From Candidatus Micrarchaeota archaeon (GTDB lineage: Archaea; Micrarchaeota; Micrarchaeia; Norongarragalinales; SBBD01), in assembly GCA_043806595.1 (NCBI GenBank), contig JAZDGU010000029.1:2548-66547 (forward strand): a stretch of 64,000 nucleotides of DNA, given 5' to 3'. Under the pieces are notes generated by a model. It was not told where the DNA came from. It did not search any database and saw only the letters and a list, made by a program, of their open reading frames with translations. Position numbers and translations under genes: made by a program. This document shows positions 28,548 through 36,266 of this stretch, in pieces (position 1 is the stretch's first letter; the number at the start of each line of letters is the position of its first letter).

Positions 28548-28847
28548 GGCAAGCGTATTGGGCGGAAGGCTTATTTTAACCGTTTGGAACCGGCGTTTCG
28601 CTGGACTTCAAGGTAAGGTAAAAGCGGGCCCGCCGGGATTTCCAAGCTCGCCGTTTCACCCCGCCGGCGTTCCGGCGGTCGAGGCGCGCGGTTTTTTGAA
28701 CCCGGGTCTAAAGCTCCGCAAGCTTTCGTTCTGTCCAGGTTATACTACGGGCCCGCAAATGCGGAATATTTATAAGGCTCAAAGTTAAAAAGCGCTAGTC
28801 CGGATTGACGTCTGAAAACCGAAGACGCTTATTGGGTGCGATTGAAG

Positions 28848-29000
28848 ATGAAGACCTGCACGAGCTGCGGAAGGACCACGGAGGACTACACGATGTTCCC
28901 GTGCCCGGGATGCAGCAAGGCCAAGATAACGCGCTGCAAGGACTGCAAGGAGAACATAAACCGTTTTGCCTGCCCCGACTGCGGCTACGAAGGCCCCTAG
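28848..29000 (+). CDS. 50-aa double Zn-ribbon protein (COG2888/DUF1610-like translation-associated Zn-ribbon), absent from the ORF track
   Basis: Own translation: MKTCTSCGRTTEDYTMFPCPGCSKAKITRCKDCKENINRFACPDCGYEGP, four CxxC pairs. AAGGAG-like RBS of the next gene follows. Confidence 0.55.
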   Translation: MKTCTSCGRTTEDYTMFPCPGCSKAKITRCKDCKENINRFACPDCGYEGP

Positions 29001-29015
29001 AAGGAGATGCGAGGA

Positions 29016-29444
29016 ATGCCCAAGGCAAGAAAGGCGATGGCCTTCGGCGCTTTCGACGTCCTCCACCTCGGGCACATATCCTTCCTCGAGCAAGCCGCCG
29101 CTCTAGCAGAAACCTTGGTGGTCGTAGTCGCCACGGACAAGGTCATCCGCAAGGTCAAGGGCCGCGCGCCCTATTTCAACCAAGAGGAACGGCTCAAGCT
29201 TGTCTCCAGCCTGCGGTGCGTCGGCAAGGCGATCCTCGGCGACGAGGGCAACACCGTCCTCCCAATAGTCTGGGAAAAGCCGGATGTAATCGCGTTAGGC
29301 TACGACCAGCCGAAGAAGATTGGGGAGCTGCGGAAGGAAGTCGCCGAGGTCGGCCTGACCCCGAGAATCGTGCGCCTGAAGCCTTTCGGCGAGCGAAGGC
29401 ACAAGAGCAGCAAGGTCAAGGCCTACTTCGAGAGGTTCGTCTGA
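29016..29444 (+). CDS. ribL: FAD synthase RibL (CTP-dependent FMN adenylyltransferase, cytidylyltransferase fold)
   Basis: AFGAFDVLHLGHISFLEQA...VVVVATD...KGR.P...EER...ILGDE...IALGYDQ matches the MJ1179-type RibL pattern. Alternative start 29007. Confidence 0.8.
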   Translation: MPKARKAMAFGAFDVLHLGHISFLEQAAALAETLVVVVATDKVIRKVKGRAPYFNQEERLKLVSSLRCVGKAILGDEGNTVLPIVWEKPDVIALGYDQPKKIGELRKEVAEVGLTPRIVRLKPFGERRHKSSKVKAYFERFV

Positions 29445-30025
29445 TGAGCTATGCCGCGAGCAGTATTTTTGGGACTGCGATTGCAAGGGCAATGAAGCGC
29501 AATAGTTCCGAGGTCATTCACAACGGGGTGCGGGTTACGAAGAGGGGCAACATAATGCTCGCGCAGTATGCCGAAAGCAGATATCTGGGGATGCCGTATA
29601 TAGTCGCCTACCCCAAACCGGAGGACAAGCGTCTATTCGAAGAAGCGAACTCCGCGATTCACCCCTATGGGCCGGCCGAAGACTTTCCGGGGTCGATAGG
29701 AAGCCTCATGACCGAATGCGAAGAAAAAAGAGACACGGTCGTATTCATCCAGTCGCACTACAAAATCGGGAGGGAGGGGTCGCTGGAGCGCGAGATTCAC
29801 AATAAGTATGCCGGCCCGAGGGGCTGGAGATACTTCGCTGCGCTATCGGCTATCCGCAGGGCCCACTCCAACGACCGGGAAATAGTATTCCCGTTCAGGG
29901 TTCTGACAAGGAATCGCGGCCTCAAGTCCACTCTGGATACCATTTGCGAGGAGCACGGGTATTGGATGAAGAAAGAGGGCGCGAACTTCATAGTAAGGCA
30001 GAGGACGAGATTCGCTATAACATGA
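29444..30025 (+). CDS. hypothetical protein (193 aa), low-GC with atypical codon usage
   Basis: TGATG overlap with the ribL stop. Codons rich in AGA, AAA and ATA, unlike core genes. No recognisable motif. Confidence 0.45.
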   Translation: MSYAASSIFGTAIARAMKRNSSEVIHNGVRVTKRGNIMLAQYAESRYLGMPYIVAYPKPEDKRLFEEANSAIHPYGPAEDFPGSIGSLMTECEEKRDTVVFIQSHYKIGREGSLEREIHNKYAGPRGWRYFAALSAIRRAHSNDREIVFPFRVLTRNRGLKSTLDTICEEHGYWMKKEGANFIVRQRTRFAIT

Positions 30026-31100
30026 AGCCCCTGGCGTCCTCCAGCAAGCCCAGCCCGTCGCCCAGCTGCCTGCCCGCGAGCCTCGCCCCGCCGGTCTCCT
30101 CGTCGGTTGCCTCCACGAAATGCTGGTCGTAGCTGAACTCGCCCGTGCTCTGGAAGAGGAACTTGTGCCGGGCAAGCGGCCGCAGGCGCAAAAGCAGGCT
30201 CTTCTCGCCGTCGAGGAGCTCCCACGTGTTCCCCCGGGGGACATGCTCGAGCGAACATCCGCGGAACGTCCGGTAACGCCTCTTCCTGGCGTCGAAGAAG
30301 ACCGCGTCCGAGGGCGTCAGCGAACCCCATTCCCTGCTCGGCGCGAAGCGCAGGGAGAAGTAGTCGAGGCTGCTGTGGTCCTTGAAGTAGACGTGCACCC
30401 AGTTCCACGGCACGAACGGCCCGACAGCGACCACCTTCTGCACGTAGCACTCGCCGGAGAAGGGCCTGCCGTAGAGCGTGCCGGAAAAGCGGAGGAAGAT
30501 GTTGACGAGCTCGAAGCCGAAGACGCTCGTGGAGTAGTGGCCGAGCTCGAAGGGCTTGCCAGCCGGCCTCGCCTGCAGCCGCAGGTCTAGCACCTGCCTG
30601 CCCTTGTCGTGCAGCGACACGTGGTAGTCGGGGTATCGGCCGAAGAAATACATGCGCGAGGAGTCGCTCAGCACGCCGGTCTCGTGCATGCCCGCGGCGA
30701 ACGGCGAGGAGAACTCGCCCGAGCGCTTGTGCCCGCCGTCGAGGCTCCAGTAGACGCACGCGAGGTCGCACACCTCGGGCTTGCCGTGCTGCGGCCGGAG
30801 CAGGCGGCGGTTTATCCTCACGGAGCCCTCGCCCCTGCCGAAAGTCGCGATGAACTGCCTGCCGCGCGCGACGTCGACAAAGTACAGAAACCAGTATTCC
30901 TTGCCGAAGGCCGGGAGTTCCTCGAAGCCGAAAAACATCCTGTCCGGGCTGGTATGCACGGGCTTTTTCCCGAGCAGGAGCGAGACGCGGTGGAGCTGCT
31001 CGAGCGGCCAGCGGAAGTCGTGGAAGAAGCGCGCCTGCGAGTACGGGATCTTCGGGAGCAAGCGCCTGAGGGAGATAATCGCCTCCGACTGACGGGACAT
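30015..31100 (-). CDS. hypothetical 361-aa protein, possibly lipocalin-like/CrtC-AttH-like fold (speculative)
   Basis: Lower third of a 943-aa ORF whose upper part is antisense to tuf; start set at MSRQSEAI (31100). Trp/Phe/Tyr-rich beta-strand-like segments (WNWVHVYFKDHSSLDYFSLRF). Confidence 0.5.
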   Translation of the reverse strand: MSRQSEAIISLRRLLPKIPYSQARFFHDFRWPLEQLHRVSLLLGKKPVHTSPDRMFFGFEELPAFGKEYWFLYFVDVARGRQFIATFGRGEGSVRINRRLLRPQHGKPEVCDLACVYWSLDGGHKRSGEFSSPFAAGMHETGVLSDSSRMYFFGRYPDYHVSLHDKGRQVLDLRLQARPAGKPFELGHYSTSVFGFELVNIFLRFSGTLYGRPFSGECYVQKVVAVGPFVPWNWVHVYFKDHSSLDYFSLRFAPSREWGSLTPSDAVFFDARKRRYRTFRGCSLEHVPRGNTWELLDGEKSLLLRLRPLARHKFLFQSTGEFSYDQHFVEATDEETGGARLAGRQLGDGLGLLEDARGFML

Positions 31101-31138
31101 GGAATGCCGAAGTGTCCACTGGAATAAAAAGGGGGTTG

Positions 31139-31330
31139 TTAGTGGGTGATGTGGATGGGCTGGACCTTCATCATCATAGCGCCGAGGAAGACCGCGAAGA
31201 CGAGAAACGCCAGCTGCCAGCCCTCGAGCGCGTAGTTCTGCCACAGTATGTATAGGAGCATGGCGCCGACGACGAGCCAGAGAAGGTACTCGTCGAAAAT
31301 CAGCTGCCAGCTCGACACCCAGTCGACCAT
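31139..31330 (-). CDS. small two-helix membrane protein (63 aa)
   Basis: LLWLVVGAMLLYILW...LAFLVFAVFLGAMMM. Sits 38 nt upstream of the 361-aa gene on the same strand. Confidence 0.3.
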   Translation of the reverse strand: MVDWVSSWQLIFDEYLLWLVVGAMLLYILWQNYALEGWQLAFLVFAVFLGAMMMKVQPIHITH

Positions 31331-31499
31331 GGAAGCATTTTGTCGGGAAAAGCTTTTTAAAGCTGAGACGGCTAAAATTGGGATGCAGTCGATAGGCTAA
31401 ACATGGCTGATTCTTCGTAGTCAAGCGTTGGACGAGCATGCGCTTTTTCGCGCGGCCCGGCGGCGCTGCATCTGGAAAAAAAAGAGGGGGATGAGTGGA

Positions 31500-32771
31500 A
31501 TGGCCAACAAACCGCACCTGAACTTGATTTTCACGGGCCACGTGGACCACGGCAAGTCCACGCTCGTGGGCAGGATCCTGTACGACACGGGCGCGCTGTC
31601 CGAGAACGACCTTAGGAAGCTCAAGGAGGAGGCCGCAAAGATGGGCAAGGCAACATTCGAGTTCGCATTCGCGATGGACCAGCTCAAGGAGGAGAGGGAG
31701 CGCGGCGTGACCATCGACATCGCCCACAAGGACTTCAACACCCAGAAATACTACTTCACGATAATCGACGCCCCCGGGCACAAGGACTTCGTCAAGAACA
31801 TGATCACCGGCGCGTCGCAGGCCGACGCCGCCGTGCTCGTCTGCAGCGCGAAGGAGGGCGTGCAGGCGCAGACCATCGAGCACGCGTTCCTTCTCAAGGT
31901 GCTCGGCGTGTCGCAGTTCATCATCGCCATCAACAAGATGGATGCGGTGAACTACGACCGCATCAAGTACGAGGACACCAAGCAGGCGCTTTCCGCGAAG
32001 CTCAAGAGCATGGGCTACCCCGTGGACAAGATACCGTTCATCCCCGTGTCCGCATACATGGGCGACAACGTCGCCAAGAAGAGCGACAAGACGCAGTGGT
32101 ACGCCGGCCCGACCATACTCGAGGCCTTCGACCAGCTCACCGAGCCCAAGAAGGCGACCGACAAGCCCCTCAGGCTGCCCATACAGGAGGTCTTCACCAT
32201 CACCGGACAGGGCACGGTGCCCGTCGGCCGCGTAGAGTCCGGCATACTCAAGCCGAACACGACCATCGTCATCATGCCCGAGAACGTCACGGGAGAGGTC
32301 AAGACCATCGAGATGCACCACCAGCAGCTCGCGCAGGCCATCCCCGGCGACAACGTCGGCTTCGCGCTCAAGGGCATCGACAAGAAGGCCATCAAGCGCG
32401 GCAGCGTCGTCGGCTACCCGCAGGCGCCGCCGACCGTCGCCGAAGAGTTCACGGCGCAGATCGTCGTGCTCAACCACCCGACTGCAATCGGCAAGAACTA
32501 CACACCCGTGTTCCATTTGCACACCGCGCAGATTGCGTGCACGATAACCGAGATCCTCGAGAAGAAGGACCCCAAGACCGGGCAGACCGCACAGAAGAAC
32601 CCGGACTTCATCAAGACCGGCGACGTCGCCATCGTGAAGGTCAAGCCCACGAAGCCGACGTGCGCCGAGAAATACTCGGAATACCCGGCGCTCGGCCGCT
32701 TCGCCATGCGCGACATGGGCCAGACCGTCGCCGCGGGGATCATCCTCGAAATCGTGCCCAAGAAGGCATAG
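31500..32771 (+). CDS. tuf: translation elongation factor aEF-1 alpha
   Basis: GHVDHGKST, DAPGHKDF, NKMD, SAY, and the full EF-Tu/EF1A domain II and III. Alternative start 31509. Confidence 0.93.
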   Translation: MANKPHLNLIFTGHVDHGKSTLVGRILYDTGALSENDLRKLKEEAAKMGKATFEFAFAMDQLKEERERGVTIDIAHKDFNTQKYYFTIIDAPGHKDFVKNMITGASQADAAVLVCSAKEGVQAQTIEHAFLLKVLGVSQFIIAINKMDAVNYDRIKYEDTKQALSAKLKSMGYPVDKIPFIPVSAYMGDNVAKKSDKTQWYAGPTILEAFDQLTEPKKATDKPLRLPIQEVFTITGQGTVPVGRVESGILKPNTTIVIMPENVTGEVKTIEMHHQQLAQAIPGDNVGFALKGIDKKAIKRGSVVGYPQAPPTVAEEFTAQIVVLNHPTAIGKNYTPVFHLHTAQIACTITEILEKKDPKTGQTAQKNPDFIKTGDVAIVKVKPTKPTCAEKYSEYPALGRFAMRDMGQTVAAGIILEIVPKKA

Positions 32772-32820
32772 GCAGCAGGGGGGGCCGCGTGCCCCCGTCT
32801 TTTCATTTCCACAGGTCGTT

Positions 32821-33132
32821 TTGAACATGAACCGCGCGCGCATCAAGCTCGAAAGCCAGGACTACAATGACCTGGACGCAGTCTGCACCCAGATCAAGGA
32901 CATCGCCAAGAAGGCCGGCATCGAGCTCAAGGGCCCAATACCCCTACCCACCAAGAAGCTCAAGATTTCCACGCGCAAGACTCCCTGCGGCGACGGCTCG
33001 GACACGTACGAGAAGTGGGAGCTGCGCGTGCACAAGCGGCTGATTGAAATCAAGGCCGACGACCGCGTGCTCCGCGACATAATGAGAATCCGCATTCCCG
33101 ACAGCGTGCACGTCGAGATGCACCTCAACTGA
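32821..33132 (+). CDS. rps10: 30S ribosomal protein S10 (uS10)
   Basis: RIKLESQDYNDLDAVCTQIKDIAKKAGIELKGPIPLPTKK...RIPDSVHVEMHLN. Canonical tuf-rps10 linkage. Confidence 0.92.
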   Translation: MNMNRARIKLESQDYNDLDAVCTQIKDIAKKAGIELKGPIPLPTKKLKISTRKTPCGDGSDTYEKWELRVHKRLIEIKADDRVLRDIMRIRIPDSVHVEMHLN

Positions 33133-33204
33133 TTCACGAACGGACTAAATGGAAAGGGGAGAGGCCACACGCGTAGGGGAAAACCGAAGGTTGTCCCCTG
33201 AGGT

Positions 33205-33267
33205 GTGCGCGACATCATGCGCATCCGCATTCCCGACAGCGTGCACGTCGAGATGCACCTGAATTAA
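33205..33267 (+). repeat. direct duplicate of the last 21 codons of rps10, located 73 nt downstream of the gene
   Basis: 33205-33267 against 33066-33132: 38-nt identical core (atccgcattcccgacagcgtgcacgtcgagatgcacct). All other differences are synonymous (ata/atc, aga/cgc, ctc/ctg, aac/aat, tga/taa) plus one codon deletion. An in-frame stop lies 2 codons upstream of the copy. Confidence 0.8.
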
Positions 33268-33366
33268 GGACTTTTTCCGACTGCCCCCCCCGCCTAATAC
33301 CGTCGTAAGATACGTGCCTAGTAGCGGGCATACAAGTTGCGGGAAAGTCAGACTTGCAATGCGGGT

Positions 33367-33753
33367 TTAGAACCGGTTCTTGTTGTCCGCCTGCGAGAAG
33401 TCCTCCTCGACCTTGTAGCGCTCCTTAGGCGGGCGCCGGCCCGGCGAATCTGAGGAAAGCCTCGCGAGGATGTCCGCGGAAGAAATCGCCGCGTTCTCCC
33501 TTGCAGGAGTGCCGCCACTGCCATGCGGGCCCGGCTCCCCCTGCGTTCTGGAAGAGAGGTAGAAGAAAATCGCCGCCACGCCGGCTGCGAAAAGGACTAC
33601 CGATGCGGTCAAGGCCGGATTGGCCATCGAAAGCCCGGGAAGCGTCAGCGCCCCCGTCAGCGGGTGCGAGACGGACAGCGCCTGCAGGAAGAAGTAGGAC
33701 GCGCCCATGAACAGCAGGAGGACCGCTACGGCTATTGAAATGTTCCCACGCAT
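33367..33753 (-). CDS. hypothetical membrane protein (128 aa)
   Basis: Three hydrophobic helices and a C-terminal charged tail. 3 nt downstream of the next gene on the same strand. Confidence 0.45.
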   Translation of the reverse strand: MRGNISIAVAVLLLFMGASYFFLQALSVSHPLTGALTLPGLSMANPALTASVVLFAAGVAAIFFYLSSRTQGEPGPHGSGGTPARENAAISSADILARLSSDSPGRRPPKERYKVEEDFSQADNKNRF

Positions 33754-33756
33754 TTG

Positions 33757-34395
33757 CTACTGGCACCGCATTGTTGAAATCATGTAGTCGACGAGGTCCA
33801 AGTCCGGCACCAGCGGCTCGGAAATTGCGGCCACCAGCACAACCCAGTTTGAGGGGCACTGCAGGTACGCCTGCCTGATGAAGATCCTCTCGTTCCCGTC
33901 AACGGGATTCTGCATGGCCATGGAGAGCACGTAAACCGTCCTGCCGTCCTGCGGGTATGATGCGAGCGACGCGTTCTCCTCGGCCGCTGCCTCGCCAATC
34001 TTGACATCGCTCAGCTCGCCGGATTCAACCACGCGCACGTCAATGATTTCCGCGGAATACGGCGGGTGGTATGCGGAGAACCTCACGCGCACTGAAGGGA
34101 AGGGGTCGAGGTCGGCGAGGTAGCCCTGCAGATACCGCAGGGAGAAGCTGTAGTTCTGGTCGAAGTATTCCAGCGAACGCGGGTCGTACTCGGCGGCAAG
34201 CAGAGAGACTTGGGCGGCCCTCGCGGCCCCCGCGTCGGGCTTGATGAACGGGAGCGTGGAGACGAATTTCGGCGGCTGGGGCGCGAGGAAGAGAAAATAC
34301 GCGCCAACCGCGAGAGCCACAATTAGGATGATGGTCCAGAACGCGTTCGCGGACGGCGACACCCTCTTTTCCCTTGCCACGAATATTCCCTCCAC
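33757..34395 (-). CDS. hypothetical N-terminally anchored extracytoplasmic protein (212 aa)
   Basis: Single N-terminal TM helix (FWTIILIVALAVGAYFLFLA) then a soluble domain. Likely operon with 33367-33753. Confidence 0.5.
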   Translation of the reverse strand: MEGIFVAREKRVSPSANAFWTIILIVALAVGAYFLFLAPQPPKFVSTLPFIKPDAGAARAAQVSLLAAEYDPRSLEYFDQNYSFSLRYLQGYLADLDPFPSVRVRFSAYHPPYSAEIIDVRVVESGELSDVKIGEAAAEENASLASYPQDGRTVYVLSMAMQNPVDGNERIFIRQAYLQCPSNWVVLVAAISEPLVPDLDLVDYMISTMRCQ

Positions 34396-34452
34396 TGGAT
34401 AATTTTCCGCGGTTTAAAAAGAGTATGCCCGCGGGGGGCCGCATGCGCTGCG

Positions 34453-34728
34453 TCACCGCCGCAGGCCGAATGACTTGAACTTGCCCTCCGACTCGCCCCA
34501 TTCCGAAGCGATTGCCGCGACGCGGATGAAGCCGTCGTCCAATTTCACTGCGTCCAGGAACCGCTCGAGCTCCTCCCGTTCACCCTCGGCGCCGATTTCC
34601 ACGGTGCCGTCCTGCAGGTTCCGCACGAAGCCCGCGACCTTGAACCCCGCCGCGGCCCTAAGCACGAAATACCTGAAGCCGACACCCTGCACTTCGCCCG
34701 AGACGATGGCTCGCACCGATTTCAGCAT
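34453..34728 (-). CDS. acyP: acylphosphatase
   Basis: AIVSGEVQGVGFRYFV...GFVRNLQDGTVEI...G (acylphosphatase signatures 1 and 2). Start at MLKSVRAI. Confidence 0.75.
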   Translation of the reverse strand: MLKSVRAIVSGEVQGVGFRYFVLRAAAGFKVAGFVRNLQDGTVEIGAEGEREELERFLDAVKLDDGFIRVAAIASEWGESEGKFKSFGLRR

Positions 34729-34761
34729 TGCCGACACACGAGGGGTATTGGGAAGGGCAAG

Positions 34762-34771
34762 GGTTTTAAAT
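34762..34771 (-). promoter_or_regulatory. TATA-like box (TTTAAAACC on minus strand) about 35 nt upstream of acyP; near-leaderless
   Basis: GGTTTTAAAT in a 41-bp divergent intergenic region. It also overlaps the nominal ATG of the plus-strand 34770 ORF, so that ORF probably starts at a downstream Met. Confidence 0.3.
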
Positions 34772-35621
34772 GAAGAAACGCATGGCAGTCTTTCATAGAA
34801 TATTGCGGGCGATTCCACATATGGTTAGGCGGGCTTCAGGCACTCAAGGGATTTCTGGAATCCGGAGGAATCGGGTGGAGGGACCGTTCATCCACGATGT
34901 AATCCCGTGGATTCACTCACCGGACATCACCAATCCGGAGCTATCTCCAAGGAAAAGGCGGGATTTAATTCGCAAGCGATTCAGCGAGATGGTGAAAAAT
35001 CCGGAATCAATGAGGCGGTTAATCATACATGCACACGAGACCGCAGGGGCTCCGCCGTTGTCACCGGCAAGGCTAGGCATGCTACGGCACGCATTGCAGG
35101 TAGATTCAGCAGAATTCCGGTCCGTTGCAGAGGCGCACGTAAGAAAAGCGATTGGAAACGACGAAGAAGGCAGGGTGCATCTGGCAAGAATTGATTCAGC
35201 AGTCGGACTCTTGCGACAGTATGCGAGGGCGGGCACAAACCCGTTCCTCCAGGCAATAAACCAAGACCTGGGAAGGGAAGGACCGAGAACGCAGCTGGCC
35301 AGGAGGGACAGCGGTTCCAGACTGGTGAGTCTGATAGAAAGCATGGCCATCGGAAGGGCTCGCGGGAGAACCACCGACAGGAACGCCGTGGCCGGATCCG
35401 GACGGCTTGAGCAGACGTTGGCGGAGGTTTATCGCGGAACGTCCGCGGAAACCATTCTTAGAGTCATCCGCAACCTTCCCCGGCGCAAGCGCGAGCAGGC
35501 GCAGACCGTGAATATTCCAGTCGGGGTGCTTAACCAACTGCTCCAGCAAGGGGGACCCGCAGGGCATGCAGAACCCCGCGAGGAAGAAGGGGAGGAAGGA
35601 GGCCACGAGGGACATCATTAG
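34770..35621 (+). CDS. hypothetical Arg-rich protein (283 aa), atypical codon usage
   Basis: Longest ORF in a region of lower GC and low GC3; antisense ORFs look spurious. No motif recognised. Start may be 34782 or 34821. Confidence 0.4.
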   Translation: MKKRMAVFHRILRAIPHMVRRASGTQGISGIRRNRVEGPFIHDVIPWIHSPDITNPELSPRKRRDLIRKRFSEMVKNPESMRRLIIHAHETAGAPPLSPARLGMLRHALQVDSAEFRSVAEAHVRKAIGNDEEGRVHLARIDSAVGLLRQYARAGTNPFLQAINQDLGREGPRTQLARRDSGSRLVSLIESMAIGRARGRTTDRNAVAGSGRLEQTLAEVYRGTSAETILRVIRNLPRRKREQAQTVNIPVGVLNQLLQQGGPAGHAEPREEEGEEGGHEGHH

Positions 35622-35624
35622 AAG

Positions 35625-36242
35625 GTGCATCAAATGCCTCGCGAAGAACGCGCAAAACCGGAAAAAATCGACATCGAACTCCCGCCGTTGGCAAGAAGGC
35701 CGGGCAGGTGGAAAAGGTTCAAGTTACGGCTCGGCATCGGGCGCGAGAAATTCGCCCGGGAACAGCTGTATGAGCTCAGCGACAACCCCCACCTCTTCGA
35801 GCAGCTGCATCGGCAGGTTCTTGAGAGGGCGGCGCAAAGACAGGGCCTCGAAAGTGCCGGCCACGGCAGGATGACCGCGGAGGTAATCTCGGGAAGGGAA
35901 AAAAGCTTCGGAAGGATGTCTGATATTCTGAGGAAAAACCCCGAGACAGCGGACCTTGCATGGCTTTTTACCCAGCTGGGGTATACGGTGGAAAGGGATG
36001 TACGTTCTGAAGGCGTGCAGAGCTCGCGCTTCCAAAGCGTATTAAGGCAGGAGCTAAACAACCCGAACAGCGCACATGGCCGAAACCTAGTACGACTGTT
36101 TGCCAAGGGAATGCGCAGCGACGGCTCACGGACCAGCATAGAGGTTGACGCCGCAGCCTCCGCCCTCCTTCAATTGTACAAGAACAGGAACCTGCTCCGG
36201 CAGAGGATGGAGGATCTGGACGCAATCCACCGCACGGCCTGA
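35625..36242 (+). CDS. hypothetical Arg-rich protein (205 aa), atypical codon usage
   Basis: 3 nt after the previous ORF. Convergent with the giant gene (24-nt gap). Confidence 0.4.
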   Translation: MHQMPREERAKPEKIDIELPPLARRPGRWKRFKLRLGIGREKFAREQLYELSDNPHLFEQLHRQVLERAAQRQGLESAGHGRMTAEVISGREKSFGRMSDILRKNPETADLAWLFTQLGYTVERDVRSEGVQSSRFQSVLRQELNNPNSAHGRNLVRLFAKGMRSDGSRTSIEVDAAASALLQLYKNRNLLRQRMEDLDAIHRTA

Positions 36243-36266
36243 AGAGCGCGTAAGACCCCTGGGGCC

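Noticed and set aside
28548-28847. SRP (7S) RNA, RNase P RNA or tRNA in the 300-bp intergenic region.
   Set aside because: No helix-8-type GGAAG..AGCAGC motif, no tRNA T-arm (GGTTCGAATCC-like) and no cloverleaf could be found by eye. Kept only as a generic structured-RNA possibility.
28805-30025. 406-aa plus-strand ORF reading through the Zn-ribbon gene, ribL and 29444-30025 region.
   Set aside because: It is a frame-sharing artefact. Its N-terminal part is an alternative frame over the Zn-ribbon and ribL genes, and only its C-terminal 193 codons (29444-30025) form a plausible separate gene.
30015-32846. 943-aa minus-strand ORF spanning 30015-32846.
   Set aside because: Its upper two thirds are antisense to the strongly conserved aEF-1alpha gene. 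Only the lower 361 codons (30015-31100), downstream of the tuf start region, were kept as a candidate gene.
33205-33267. Second rps10 3' copy as an independent small gene.
   Set aside because: An in-frame TGA lies two codons upstream. Only a 16-20 aa peptide could be made, with no RBS or promoter context. It is interpreted as a recombination or att relic instead.
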